DNA of 45,371 nt from a virus (Duplodnaviria; Caudoviricetes): IMG/VR virus record IMGVR_UViG_3300017448_000026, positions 1-45,371 of that record, one strand, 5' to 3'. Of this stretch, positions 7,748 through 17,272 are shown in pieces. The position numbers and the translations under genes were made by a program. Each line of letters begins with the position of its first letter. The stretch's first letter is position 1. Below the pieces are notes generated by a model that was not told the origin of the DNA, ran no database searches, and was given only the letters and a program-made list of their open reading frames with translations.

Positions 7748-10373
7748 TTTATTTTCGGTTTTGGAAATAAACGCTCAAATAGCGATTTACGTTATTTCTG
7801 GTCCTAACCTACCAGCAACTTGTTCTACTGCACAAGGGCAAGTTTGGTTTAAAACAACAGGTGGTGCAGGCGTACAAGGTTTATATTCCTGTGATGCTCC
7901 TAATACTTGGGTATTTCATGGGTCCGGTGGCGCCGGAGTTTCGTCATTTAATTCTAGAACGGGCGCAGTATTACCACTTGTTGGAGATTATACAACTTCC
8001 ATCATAACGGAAGGATCTAATCTTTATTTTACAAATGCGAGAGCACAAGCAGCAGTTTCCGCATCTGCACCAATTGTTGATACTGCTGGCGTATTTTCTT
8101 GCCCCACTTGTTTAACTTCTAACGCAGTAACTTCTGTTTTTACTCGAACTGGAGCTGTAGTTGCTGTCCCTGGGGATTATTCTCCAGAAAGTTTAGCAAC
8201 TACTACAGCTATTGAGTCTTTACATGCAGGACTTGCAAAAGCAAATAACGGAACTCCTACCAGTGTAGTTTTTATAGGAGATTCTATTACACGGGGAACT
8301 GGAGCTACGACAACTACTACATCTTGGACGGCAAATTTCATAAATACTCTTAAGCAAGTTTATGGAAATGGCGGTGAAGGTTTTTCTGCTACTATAAATA
8401 ATGCTACTCCTAATTCTGGTGGTGGTTCTATAACTCTTGTAGGAACTTGGACTGATATTTATACTTTTGGAATAGGACAAAATGACTCAGTAGCTACTTT
8501 TGCTTCTACAAAATCTGCCAATTCCGGAGCTACAGCTACTAGGATAGTTGCTGCTGGTAGTGATACTATTGATGTTTATTGTGCAACAAATACTGATAGT
8601 GGATCAGGATTAGCAATAACAATTGATGGTATTTCTAAAACTGCCGCATGTGCATCAACTTCCGGATCTTTAACCATGGTGCGCGCGTCTTACGCTGGTT
8701 TAGATCCCACAATTTCTCATACAATTGTAGCTACTGCGCCTGGTGCGGGAAATGGTTATCTTTTTGGATTTGTAGGGAGATTATCCACCGGTGGCGTGAA
8801 CATGTTTAACGCGGCTGCATCCGGCGCAGATAGCGCAAGTATTTCGACAGCCGCGCAAATAAATTGGTTAGATCAGGTTCCTAATCTTGCTGCAATTTTT
8901 ATAGCTTTAGGTGTTAATGAAACTGACACTACCGGAGCTACGTTAGTTACTAATTTAGGCCCTATTCAAACAAAAGCAGCCGCATTAGGTGTTCCCATAA
9001 TCTTTGTATTGACAGAGAACAATAACAGTAATATTATAACATCTTTACAACCTGCTGTGAAGACTTGGGCTAACAGTCATAGTTATCCTTGGATTTCCAT
9101 TGCAGATCGTTGGGGAACATTTGCCAATGGAAATACCTTAGGATTGTATTTTGATACAGTACATCCTAATAATTCAGGTCATCTTGATTTTTCAAAAGCT
9201 GTAATGTTGCAGTTACGACTTGTTTCACCTAATCCTGCGTATTATGATAATACAGTTAATAATCAATCTTATTATAATATAGATGGGATATCAACTCCTC
9301 TATATACTGACTTAAGTTTTCCTGTTTTAATGCCTCATACGGACCTTTTGTGCGCGGCTGGCAATGATAATTCCATAGCCAAGCAAACTATAACTTCTGC
9401 TACTTTAGCTAACCCTGCTGTTTTAACCGTTGCGGCAACTTCATCTTATTGGGCTGGTGAGAAAGTTACTATTACGGGAGTAACGCAGTCTGGATGGAAT
9501 GGGAATTATACGGTACAAGGGAATCCTACCAGTACTACAATAACTATAAATTTGAACTCTTCTGCACTATCTGCTATTTCTAGCGGTACTCCACTAGTTT
9601 CGCTAACATGTGGTAATTCTACGGATATTACTACTGATACCGCATTTGCTACACATAAGGATTTACCTGCTGGATTTTTCACAGTTGTAGGAAAGGAGAT
9701 TGATTACGATTTAGGAATGTCTTTATTTTCTGCTGCTATCGTTACTGGAATAAACACTACTTTAACATGGAAATCTGGCAATGGAACAATGTTCACCACT
9801 TCTAGCACAATTACACAGGCAAACAGATCTGATCGTACTTTTTCCTGGAAAGTTGCTATTAGATCTATAACGGCTTTAAGTACTGCAATGCCCCTGCAAA
9901 TTACTAGTTTAGGACCATTTGTACCTGGTTGGAGTTTTGATAATATGTCCAATCAAATTGCTAGTGTTTTTTGCTGTCCTAACGTATCTCAGTCAGGATT
10001 AGCTAATGGTCCATCACTTAAATTCGTAGCTGTAGGAGCTGGTGGAACTTTTACATATGTATCTGGGTTAGTTACTACTGGTACGGGAAATTGTTTATTA
10101 ACAGCAACAAATGGTACAGGTAGTAATGCTGTTACTTTAATTGCCGTTTCTTCAGGAACTCCTGGAGTTATATCTTCCTGGAGTCCTAGTTTAGCACAAA
10201 CTAGCACTGGTAGCGGATATACTACATTACCTACAAATTGGACTGCAACGGTTCCTACAGTTGGGGGAGCTTCAACATGTAGTGGAACTGTAGTAACTTC
10301 TGGAGGATCTGCGGTAGGCGCACAAGGAAACGCGTATCGTTTGCTAAGTTTTAGACCGTATATGCCATATTAG
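7725..10373 (+). CDS. Fibre/spike-like protein with SGNH hydrolase domain and N-terminal signal-peptide-like sequence
   Basis: SGNH blocks FIGDSIT, ALGVNE, DTVHPN; fibre repeats GVSSFNSRTGAV and VTSVFTRTGAV; N-terminus MLRLLLISLFSVLEINA-Q. Confidence 0.75.
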   Translation: MLRLLLISLFSVLEINAQIAIYVISGPNLPATCSTAQGQVWFKTTGGAGVQGLYSCDAPNTWVFHGSGGAGVSSFNSRTGAVLPLVGDYTTSIITEGSNLYFTNARAQAAVSASAPIVDTAGVFSCPTCLTSNAVTSVFTRTGAVVAVPGDYSPESLATTTAIESLHAGLAKANNGTPTSVVFIGDSITRGTGATTTTTSWTANFINTLKQVYGNGGEGFSATINNATPNSGGGSITLVGTWTDIYTFGIGQNDSVATFASTKSANSGATATRIVAAGSDTIDVYCATNTDSGSGLAITIDGISKTAACASTSGSLTMVRASYAGLDPTISHTIVATAPGAGNGYLFGFVGRLSTGGVNMFNAAASGADSASISTAAQINWLDQVPNLAAIFIALGVNETDTTGATLVTNLGPIQTKAAALGVPIIFVLTENNNSNIITSLQPAVKTWANSHSYPWISIADRWGTFANGNTLGLYFDTVHPNNSGHLDFSKAVMLQLRLVSPNPAYYDNTVNNQSYYNIDGISTPLYTDLSFPVLMPHTDLLCAAGNDNSIAKQTITSATLANPAVLTVAATSSYWAGEKVTITGVTQSGWNGNYTVQGNPTSTTITINLNSSALSAISSGTPLVSLTCGNSTDITTDTAFATHKDLPAGFFTVVGKEIDYDLGMSLFSAAIVTGINTTLTWKSGNGTMFTTSSTITQANRSDRTFSWKVAIRSITALSTAMPLQITSLGPFVPGWSFDNMSNQIASVFCCPNVSQSGLANGPSLKFVAVGAGGTFTYVSGLVTTGTGNCLLTATNGTGSNAVTLIAVSSGTPGVISSWSPSLAQTSTGSGYTTLPTNWTATVPTVGGASTCSGTVVTSGGSAVGAQGNAYRLLSFRPYMPY

Positions 10374-10381
10374 GAATTTAA

Positions 10382-10771
10382 ATGAAAAAATTACTTTACT
10401 TCTTAACATTCGCAGCTTTAGTAGCCATCTTTTCAAATGATGGTCGCGCGCAATCTTTGCCTAATCCTTGCTATGTTTTAGTGACTTCTAGTCCATTTTT
10501 TCCATCGTCATTAAGTTTAAGCTTAGTTCCTTGTAGTTTACTTTATGGAAAAACGGGTCCTCCTGGTCCTCAAGGAATACAAGGAATACAAGGCCCCCCA
10601 GGAATTTGTGGGGGATGTTCGGGAAATACAATAAACGGAGTAGTAGTTGCTACGACTATAACACCTTATGTTGCAATTTATGCGGCTCCTGGATTGCAAT
10701 TGGTAGCTGGATACGTAAATGCAACCTATAATCCAGCATTAGAAGTTCAAAATATACTTTGTACACAGTGA
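10382..10771 (+). CDS. Signal-peptide protein with short collagen (Gly-X-Y) repeat
   Basis: MKKLLYFLTFAALVAIFSNDGRA-Q; GKTGPPGPQGIQGIQGPPG; several Cys. Confidence 0.75.
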   Translation: MKKLLYFLTFAALVAIFSNDGRAQSLPNPCYVLVTSSPFFPSSLSLSLVPCSLLYGKTGPPGPQGIQGIQGPPGICGGCSGNTINGVVVATTITPYVAIYAAPGLQLVAGYVNATYNPALEVQNILCTQ

Positions 10772-10989
10772 GGCGAGGATGCAAAATTCATGGGTTTCGT
10801 TGGTATAAATACAGTTTATTCGTTACGAAATTATCAGGAAAAACACCTTACCAACGTGGTAGATGTTTACTTTGTGAAAGTGAAAAACAAAAAGAACGAT
10901 ATCTAAATGATGAAAAGTACTGCAACAAAAAATTAGAAGCTACTAGGAAAAGAAGACGTGAAATTTCTCATGGTAAGCGTTGCAGGTGA
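10759..10989 (+). CDS. Small basic Zn-binding protein (CxxH...CxxC); start may be GTG 10768
   Basis: CKIHG...RCLLC followed by a basic helix. Confidence 0.5.
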   Translation: MYTVRRGCKIHGFRWYKYSLFVTKLSGKTPYQRGRCLLCESEKQKERYLNDEKYCNKKLEATRKRRREISHGKRCR

Positions 10990-12205
10990 GGGGGCTGGAG
11001 TCTTGAAGCAAATTCAAGATGAAGGAAATGAAGTTTGTTTGTACATTAGTGAAAAATCTTACGAAACTGTATACGATGGAATTGTTCCAAAAAGTAATTA
11101 TGGATTTGAGCCTGATAGAGATGATATAATTTTGTTTGATATGTCAGGAAATGGAGATCTTGCGGACGATCTGAAGAAGCATGGATATAAAATATTTGGA
11201 GGTTCGGTATTAGCAGACGATCTTGAACATGATCGAAATTTTGGATTTGATGTAATGAAAGAATGTGGGATAAAAACTCCTATAACTGAAGAATTCGATG
11301 ACTTTGAAGAAGTTCCTGATTTTTTGTCTCAATACTCAAATAAGAAGTTCGTCTTTAAACCATCAGGAACTATGCCTTGCAAATTAACTTATTGCAGTGA
11401 GGACAATGATGACTTGATTAATTATCTCAAGTTTGTGTCTGAGAAATATGGAAATGAAATTGAGAGTTTTGTACTTCAGGAGTTTGTTGAAGGTGACGTA
11501 GTTTCATCTGAGATATTCTTTGATGGTACGAAAGTTGTTGGAGTTCCTAACCACACAGTTGAAGCTAAGAAATTCATGAATTGTGATTTAGGACCAAGTA
11601 CAGGTTGCAGTGGAAATATAATTTGGTTATGCGAAGGATCTAAAATTGTACGCGATGGAGTAATGAAAGCTACTGGGATTCTTAAAGATAAGAATTACGT
11701 AGGACAACTTGATTTGAATGCAGTAGTAAACGACGAAGGTATTTGGGGATTAGAATGGACTCCAAGATTTGGTTACGATTCTATGCCTACTTTCATGCCA
11801 ATGTTAGACATGGAGTGGGGTAAATTCTTTGCTGATATTGTTAATGGGCAATCTGGAGAATGGAAATTTAAGAACGAATGCAATAGTTCTGTTCGTTTAT
11901 CCATTCCTCCTTACCCTGTAGAACCGGAAGAAGGAAATGATCCTGAAGATTTCTCACCTAACATAGGAGTTCCTATTCAGGGATGGGAAACTTTCTGTAA
12001 GAATATCTACTTCTATGAAGTGATGCTTGAAAACGACAAATTGGTTCATGCTGGCGGAACTGGGTTGATTGCAAGTGTTTATCATAAAAACATTGAACGA
12101 GTTTATCATATTCTCGACCAGTTAAAAATTCCTGATAAGCAGTACCGCACTGATCTTGATAAAGTTCTTGGAGAAATGAAAAAGAAAGCTGAAGCTTATG
12201 CCTAA
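10958..12205 (+). CDS. PurD-like (phosphoribosylamine-glycine ligase family) ATP-grasp amide ligase
   Basis: LEHDRNFG, FVFKPSG, LQEFVEG, DLGPSTGCSG (cf. GPNTGGMG), LEWTPRFG (cf. EFNxRFG), terminal QYRTD. Confidence 0.85.
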   Translation: MKFLMVSVAGEGAGVLKQIQDEGNEVCLYISEKSYETVYDGIVPKSNYGFEPDRDDIILFDMSGNGDLADDLKKHGYKIFGGSVLADDLEHDRNFGFDVMKECGIKTPITEEFDDFEEVPDFLSQYSNKKFVFKPSGTMPCKLTYCSEDNDDLINYLKFVSEKYGNEIESFVLQEFVEGDVVSSEIFFDGTKVVGVPNHTVEAKKFMNCDLGPSTGCSGNIIWLCEGSKIVRDGVMKATGILKDKNYVGQLDLNAVVNDEGIWGLEWTPRFGYDSMPTFMPMLDMEWGKFFADIVNGQSGEWKFKNECNSSVRLSIPPYPVEPEEGNDPEDFSPNIGVPIQGWETFCKNIYFYEVMLENDKLVHAGGTGLIASVYHKNIERVYHILDQLKIPDKQYRTDLDKVLGEMKKKAEAYA

Positions 12206-13361
12206 TGAAGTTATTGTTGAAGAACCTGAAGTTCAAAGTGATGCGGAACTTTTGAATAGCGACGAAGAAGTCGTTGTTGAAGAACCAAAAACTGAAGAAC
12301 CTGAAGAAAAAGAACCTGAAGAAGAAAAGAAATCTGACGAAGATAAGCCTTTTCCTTACGAACGACATTCAATTCAGGAAATAAAAGCAAAATACCCTGA
12401 GTTTTTCAAAGATTTTCCAATATTTCGTGACGTAGTTTTTCGTGAACAAGAGTTTACGAAGCATTTTGCAACTATTGAAGATGCAAAAGAAGCTCTCGAG
12501 GATTCTACGGTTTTGCAATCACTTCGAGAAAGTGTTCTTGAAGGCAAATCTGAAACCGTACTTGATGCAGTAATGGAAACTGATCCTAAAGCGGCAGAAC
12601 GTTTTTCATTATCTTTCCTTCCAACTTTGAGAGGTAAAAACAGTGAACTTTATACAAAGACAATTTCTCCACTTTTCGAGTCTTTTGTAAAGAATCTTTA
12701 TAACTCTGACGACGAAAATACACGTAATGCTGCAATTGTAGCGGCTCGCTGGTTATTCGGGAAAGATAAAGGCGATCAGGTAATTGACGGGAAAATTACT
12801 TTCGGAATTGATTTTCGTGAGTCCGAAGAAGAGAAGAAGTTCAAAGCTGAACGTGAATCTTTTCAAACTGAACAGTATAAATCGTTTTATGGTTCAGTAC
12901 TTGAAGATATGGAACAGCAAAGGCGCACGTTAATTTTACGTGGCCTAGATCCTGACAAAACTTTAACTGATACACAACGAGATTTGTTAGTCAAACTTAT
13001 CGCTGATAAGGTTGATGCAAGTTTGGTGGCCGACGAAAATCATATGAAGATTATGAATGCTCGTTGGTTACGTAGCAAGAAAGAAGGATTTAATCAAGCC
13101 TCGAAAGAGAAGATTATATCCGCGTACCTCTCACGCGCGAAGCAAGTTATTCCTTCTATTCGTGACAAGGAGAAAGCAGCATTTTTAGGCACAAAAGCTA
13201 GAGCTGCTTTGAAAAAGTCTGAAGAGATCGACGAGAAATCTTCAGTTAAAAAAGAAGTCACTTCTGGTAGAGTTACTAGCAACGGCAAGCCTTCGCCGTT
13301 GAAACCAAGCAAAGAACTTTACCGGAGAATGTCAGATATCGAAATCCTTGGAATGGAGTAG
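12198..13361 (+). CDS. Putative capsid scaffolding protein
   Basis: Very acidic N-terminus, helical/coiled-coil body, directly upstream of MCP. Confidence 0.7.
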   Translation: MPNEVIVEEPEVQSDAELLNSDEEVVVEEPKTEEPEEKEPEEEKKSDEDKPFPYERHSIQEIKAKYPEFFKDFPIFRDVVFREQEFTKHFATIEDAKEALEDSTVLQSLRESVLEGKSETVLDAVMETDPKAAERFSLSFLPTLRGKNSELYTKTISPLFESFVKNLYNSDDENTRNAAIVAARWLFGKDKGDQVIDGKITFGIDFRESEEEKKFKAERESFQTEQYKSFYGSVLEDMEQQRRTLILRGLDPDKTLTDTQRDLLVKLIADKVDASLVADENHMKIMNARWLRSKKEGFNQASKEKIISAYLSRAKQVIPSIRDKEKAAFLGTKARAALKKSEEIDEKSSVKKEVTSGRVTSNGKPSPLKPSKELYRRMSDIEILGME

Positions 13362-13364
13362 AAG

Positions 13365-14675
13365 ATGCCAGCAGGTTCTGAAAGTCAAGTAATAGCAGCA
13401 GAAATCGAACGCGTAGAATCTAAAGTCCCGATCCTTTTCGACCGAGATGATACGTTTTATGCAATGGTGGAGAAAGTTCCTGTAGAGATAGTTTCTTCAC
13501 GCGCAATGCGGGTGCCACTGGAAATTTATCCTGGCGGTAAAACTCGACACGTAAGTCTAGATGGTTATGATCTTGGGCGTGGAGATATGCCGACGTATCA
13601 ATACGGTAATCTTTCGCCAATTACCATCGAGCACGCTTTGGAATGGACAACGGCGAGAAAAGTTGGTACGGATTCTTCTAAAAAATCCGTAATTAACGCT
13701 TTTAAACGTGATCTTGCAAGTGCAATGAAAGAATGGCGTAGAAACGTCGATTCTCTTTGCATGACTGGTGGAAACGCAGTTCTTGGTACAATCGGCGCAA
13801 TAAGCACGAGCGGCGGAGTAGATACGTATACTCTCGGTTTTACAGGAACTACACGTCTTGACGGCTTCGGCGCGCGTTTGTTACGTTTCGACATGGATAT
13901 TGCAGTTTATAATTCCACATTAACTGCGTTTAGAACGCCAACCGTAGCTCCTCCTACCACAATGAGTCCTTATGAGGGAACAATTCAATTTTATTCTGCT
14001 CAAGCAGATCAAATTTCTGTTCCTTCTTTTTCCGGCGTTACTGTAGGAGATTTAGTCGTAGCTTCTGGACTTGCTCCACAAACTCCGCCGGTTAGTATTT
14101 TCGGCGTTCCTTATCACGATTCTAACTCAACTGTTGGTACTTGGTTGACTTTTAATCGAGCAACCACTCCTCCTGTTATTGCATCCGGAGTTAATGCAAA
14201 CGGTGGTGCGTTAACTTTGCCTTTTCCACGATTGGCCATGAATTTAATCATGGATCGTGTTGGAATCAATGTTTCCCAAAAACAATACGCAATGATGCAC
14301 ATGTGTCAGAAGCAAGCCTACGAAGAACTGGGTTGGGAAATTTCTATTATCAACAAAGAAGCAAAAGAGCAGGGTCTTGATCTTTATTTTAATGATAACA
14401 TGCAAATGGCTGGTTGTCCAGTAAAAATCTCTGCATCGTGGGACAAAACTCGCATTGATTTTATCGACATGGAAAATTGGGGGCGTGCGGAATATATGCC
14501 TCCAGGGTGGTACAAAGATCAAAACGGCTTGAAGTTTTTCGTAGTTCGTGGCGGAACGGGTGGTGTTGCAACAAGTAACTTGGCATATCTTATGACAAGT
14601 TTTAACTTGTGGATGCGAAATCCGGCGATGGCAGCTTATATTTACAATCTGCTTGTTCCAGCAGGTTATTACTAA
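13365..14675 (+). CDS. Major capsid protein
   Basis: 436 aa after scaffold, GGAG RBS, followed by a strong terminator; spine-helix-like segment INAFKRDLASAMKEWRRNVDSLCMTGG. Confidence 0.82.
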   Translation: MPAGSESQVIAAEIERVESKVPILFDRDDTFYAMVEKVPVEIVSSRAMRVPLEIYPGGKTRHVSLDGYDLGRGDMPTYQYGNLSPITIEHALEWTTARKVGTDSSKKSVINAFKRDLASAMKEWRRNVDSLCMTGGNAVLGTIGAISTSGGVDTYTLGFTGTTRLDGFGARLLRFDMDIAVYNSTLTAFRTPTVAPPTTMSPYEGTIQFYSAQADQISVPSFSGVTVGDLVVASGLAPQTPPVSIFGVPYHDSNSTVGTWLTFNRATTPPVIASGVNANGGALTLPFPRLAMNLIMDRVGINVSQKQYAMMHMCQKQAYEELGWEISIINKEAKEQGLDLYFNDNMQMAGCPVKISASWDKTRIDFIDMENWGRAEYMPPGWYKDQNGLKFFVVRGGTGGVATSNLAYLMTSFNLWMRNPAMAAYIYNLLVPAGYY

Positions 14676-14680
14676 GTTCT

Positions 14681-14714
14681 CGTGGGGCTGGTCCTGAGAT
14701 CAGCTCCACGTTTT
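14681..14714 (+). terminator. Intrinsic terminator after MCP
   Basis: CGTGGGGCTGGTC-CTGA-GATCAGCTCCACG (13-bp stem with G-U pairs) then TTTT. Confidence 0.8.
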
Positions 14715-14716
14715 GT

Positions 14717-14974
14717 ATGACATTTAACGATCAAGAAATTCGAGAGCACGTAAGAGTTTTGCTAAACGATGTTGATGCATTTGTTTGGAATAATATTCGT
14801 ATAGATCAGGTAATGTTTGGAATCAACTCTGAACTTCAAGCAATAATTGCAAAAACTGTAGCAGCTAACTGCGCGGCTCAAGTTGGAAATCTGGAATATG
14901 CAGGATATTTAGCTGGAGGAACTGATTTGAAATATATTATAGAAAGTGCAGTAAAGGTTTTATGCGAGAAATAG
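14717..14974 (+). CDS. Minimal paralog of head-tail adaptor (85 aa)
   Basis: RVLLNDVDAFVW...SELQ matches the N-termini of 17273 and 20319; VAANCAAQVGN matches GAAIAAGAVGN. Confidence 0.65.
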   Translation: MTFNDQEIREHVRVLLNDVDAFVWNNIRIDQVMFGINSELQAIIAKTVAANCAAQVGNLEYAGYLAGGTDLKYIIESAVKVLCEK

Positions 14975-15519
14975 ACGAAGCAAAACGTATTAACGAGTAT
15001 CTTGACTTGCAAGAGCATAACTTTCAAGGAAAACCTATCTTTAGGTTGACCTGGGCAAACGATCAATTTGAAATGCGAGAAGGAACTTATAATGAATTTC
15101 GTGGAGATTTGTTTGTACGAACTGTATACGGAGTTAAAAAGACACCAAAATATCCTTACTTTAAAGACATTTGGGTACTTGAACAATATTTTGGTCCTGA
15201 ACGTTGTGCAACTGAACAAATTAAAGATCATAATGGATATGAATGTATTTATGCGTTTCGTGACGCAAAAGGTAATTGGTTACCTTTAAACTTACGTGTA
15301 GTTGAACTAATAATGAAGGCAAAGAAGGAATTTAGAAAATCTCAAATGTTGTCGAAATCAATTCTTCAAGCATTGATTGACGAGAAAGAAAAGAAGAATT
15401 ACGAACTTGATTTGGATATGATTGATCCAAGTTCGCCAATTGAAAGTGCATTGCATTTTAAAGAAGGGGTTTCGTTGAAAAATTTGGAAATTCCAGGAGC
15501 AGAAAAACAACATGCCTAG
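14962..15519 (+). CDS. Hypothetical protein
   Basis: 185-aa ORF in the packed operon. Confidence 0.75.
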   Translation: MREIDEAKRINEYLDLQEHNFQGKPIFRLTWANDQFEMREGTYNEFRGDLFVRTVYGVKKTPKYPYFKDIWVLEQYFGPERCATEQIKDHNGYECIYAFRDAKGNWLPLNLRVVELIMKAKKEFRKSQMLSKSILQALIDEKEKKNYELDLDMIDPSSPIESALHFKEGVSLKNLEIPGAEKQHA

Positions 15520-16180
15520 AAAAGTAGTTAGTCAAATTCCAGTTTTTGATCTTGCAAAAGATGATGTTTGTACAATCGTTAGTATTGTACCTTTTATCAT
15601 TTCTGAATTCAAGCCAGGAATTTATCCAGGAAACTTTAACATTCCTCCTTGTTTGAATCCAAAACAGCCAAATACTCTTTTGGTAGGAACATCGGTTCAT
15701 TTCATCCCACAGTTTAATGGAGATGATGAACTTCCTGCTCACGTTGTTAAGACTTCTTGCAAAGAAATTGCAACATCCGTAGTTAATGATTACTTGCAAG
15801 GACAAATGGATATTGACGACGATTGTCATCCAGGGATTTATTGGATACCTGGAAATATGTCTGGTACAGATTTTGCATCAAAACATCCGTTGAAATTAGC
15901 TGAAATGATTAAATTTCAAATGAATTGGTTCGGTAAACTTGTACAGCGTGCAGATAATGATTGGAATAGATACAAAAGACACTCTGTAATCAGCGAAAAC
16001 CAACGCTTTGCGGCTCGCGCGTTAAATTTAGAAAAAGATTGGATTACTCCTAATTCAGTCGAAGCAACAATAAAGTGCCCTGCATGTTTAAGTCGTTGCG
16101 AACAAGCTGCAATTATTTGTCCGAATTGCAAATGCATTTTGAAGCCTGAAGAATATAAGAAGTTGACTTTTGCGGCATAA
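15512..16180 (+). CDS. Hypothetical protein with C-terminal double CxxC zinc ribbon
   Basis: CPAC...ICPNC at the C-terminus; AGGAG RBS. Confidence 0.75.
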   Translation: MPRKVVSQIPVFDLAKDDVCTIVSIVPFIISEFKPGIYPGNFNIPPCLNPKQPNTLLVGTSVHFIPQFNGDDELPAHVVKTSCKEIATSVVNDYLQGQMDIDDDCHPGIYWIPGNMSGTDFASKHPLKLAEMIKFQMNWFGKLVQRADNDWNRYKRHSVISENQRFAARALNLEKDWITPNSVEATIKCPACLSRCEQAAIICPNCKCILKPEEYKKLTFAA

Positions 16181-16182
16181 TT

Positions 16183-16893
16183 ATGAAAATTGAAGCAATT
16201 ACCGTATGCATGAACTATGGCGATTTCCTTGCCTATTCCATGCCACTGAACAAGCAACACTTTGATAAATGGATCGTAGTTACACTTCCTGACGACAGGC
16301 ATACTCAAGAAGTTTGTCGTTATTACGGAGTTCAATACATTACGTCTTATTCTGCCAACTTGCATAAAGGAGAATTTCATAAAGGACTTTGCGTAACTGA
16401 AGGTATTCAAGTTCTTGATAAGACTGATTGGCTTGTACTAATTGATGCGGACACGATCCTCCAACCGAATTTTCGTGGAGCGGTTGAATGTTTGAATATT
16501 CAAGAGGAATTGGATAAGTCCTGCTTATACACGATTGATCGTGTTCGTTTTGAAACGATCGAAGAATGGCTTGATTTTTACGGACGACCGACGTACAATT
16601 TAGAAAATAGATCACGAGATGGCCGCTTTTGCTTGCCGGATTTCGTTCCGACTGGCTTTTTTCAAATGTGGAATGTTGAGACGGGAGTACTAGAATACAT
16701 CCACAAATGGGAACAATGTGGGGGTGAGGATATTCGATTTGCATACCTTTGGCCAAGGCATAAACGAATATTCATCCCCGAAACAATTTGCTATCACCTA
16801 GCCTCAAGTCCAGAATGTAATTGGCTAGGAAGAAAAAGCAAACCTTTCAAGATAGATATAAGTAAAGGACAAAAACAATGGGCGCAACATTAG
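16183..16893 (+). CDS. GT-A fold glycosyltransferase-like protein
   Basis: ITVCMNYGDFL N-terminal strand-helix, DxD motif LIDADTIL, GFFQMW, GGED, late YHL. Confidence 0.75.
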   Translation: MKIEAITVCMNYGDFLAYSMPLNKQHFDKWIVVTLPDDRHTQEVCRYYGVQYITSYSANLHKGEFHKGLCVTEGIQVLDKTDWLVLIDADTILQPNFRGAVECLNIQEELDKSCLYTIDRVRFETIEEWLDFYGRPTYNLENRSRDGRFCLPDFVPTGFFQMWNVETGVLEYIHKWEQCGGEDIRFAYLWPRHKRIFIPETICYHLASSPECNWLGRKSKPFKIDISKGQKQWAQH

Positions 16894-17258
16894 TAGTACA
16901 GCAGCATTGGGCAGACGGTAAAAGACAACACGTAGTAGGAGTAGTTACTATTCCGGCGGGCACGGTTTATGTAACCGGCGGTATTCCTTTTCCTGTAAAC
17001 GTAGATGGTGTATTCTCACAATCTCCTATAGTTTACTCGGATGTTGTAGGATTGAATGGGTATTATCAGTATGAGAATACTAATAATGTCTATAATTTCC
17101 GTTATGTTCCTGCATTGCCTGCTTCGCAGTCTGCAGTTCTTGCAAATGGACTACTGAGAATTTTCTCAGGAGGAACTGAAATAGCTGCTGGGGCATTACC
17201 AGCAGCCGTAACAACTTCAACAATTACATTCTACGGAATTTTCCGTAAGAACTTCTAA
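16878..17258 (+). CDS. Putative small virion/decoration protein
   Basis: AAAGGA RBS; beta-rich; YVTGGIP and GTEIAAG motifs. Confidence 0.6.
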   Translation: MGATLVVQQHWADGKRQHVVGVVTIPAGTVYVTGGIPFPVNVDGVFSQSPIVYSDVVGLNGYYQYENTNNVYNFRYVPALPASQSAVLANGLLRIFSGGTEIAAGALPAAVTTSTITFYGIFRKNF

Positions 17259-17272
17259 TTTAGGAGGCTTTT

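Noticed and set aside
10958-12205. PurZ / 2-aminoadenine (Z-genome) pathway
   Set aside because: PurZ belongs to the adenylosuccinate synthetase (PurA) family; this protein is an ATP-grasp PurD-like fold and no PurA-like gene is present.
852-13365. TAG stop-codon reassignment or read-through (TAG at 852, 4901 and 13361 are each followed by an in-frame gene)
   Set aside because: Long genes are intact under the standard code, other TAG stops are followed by out-of-frame genes, the MCP has its own RBS, and no suppressor tRNA is seen.
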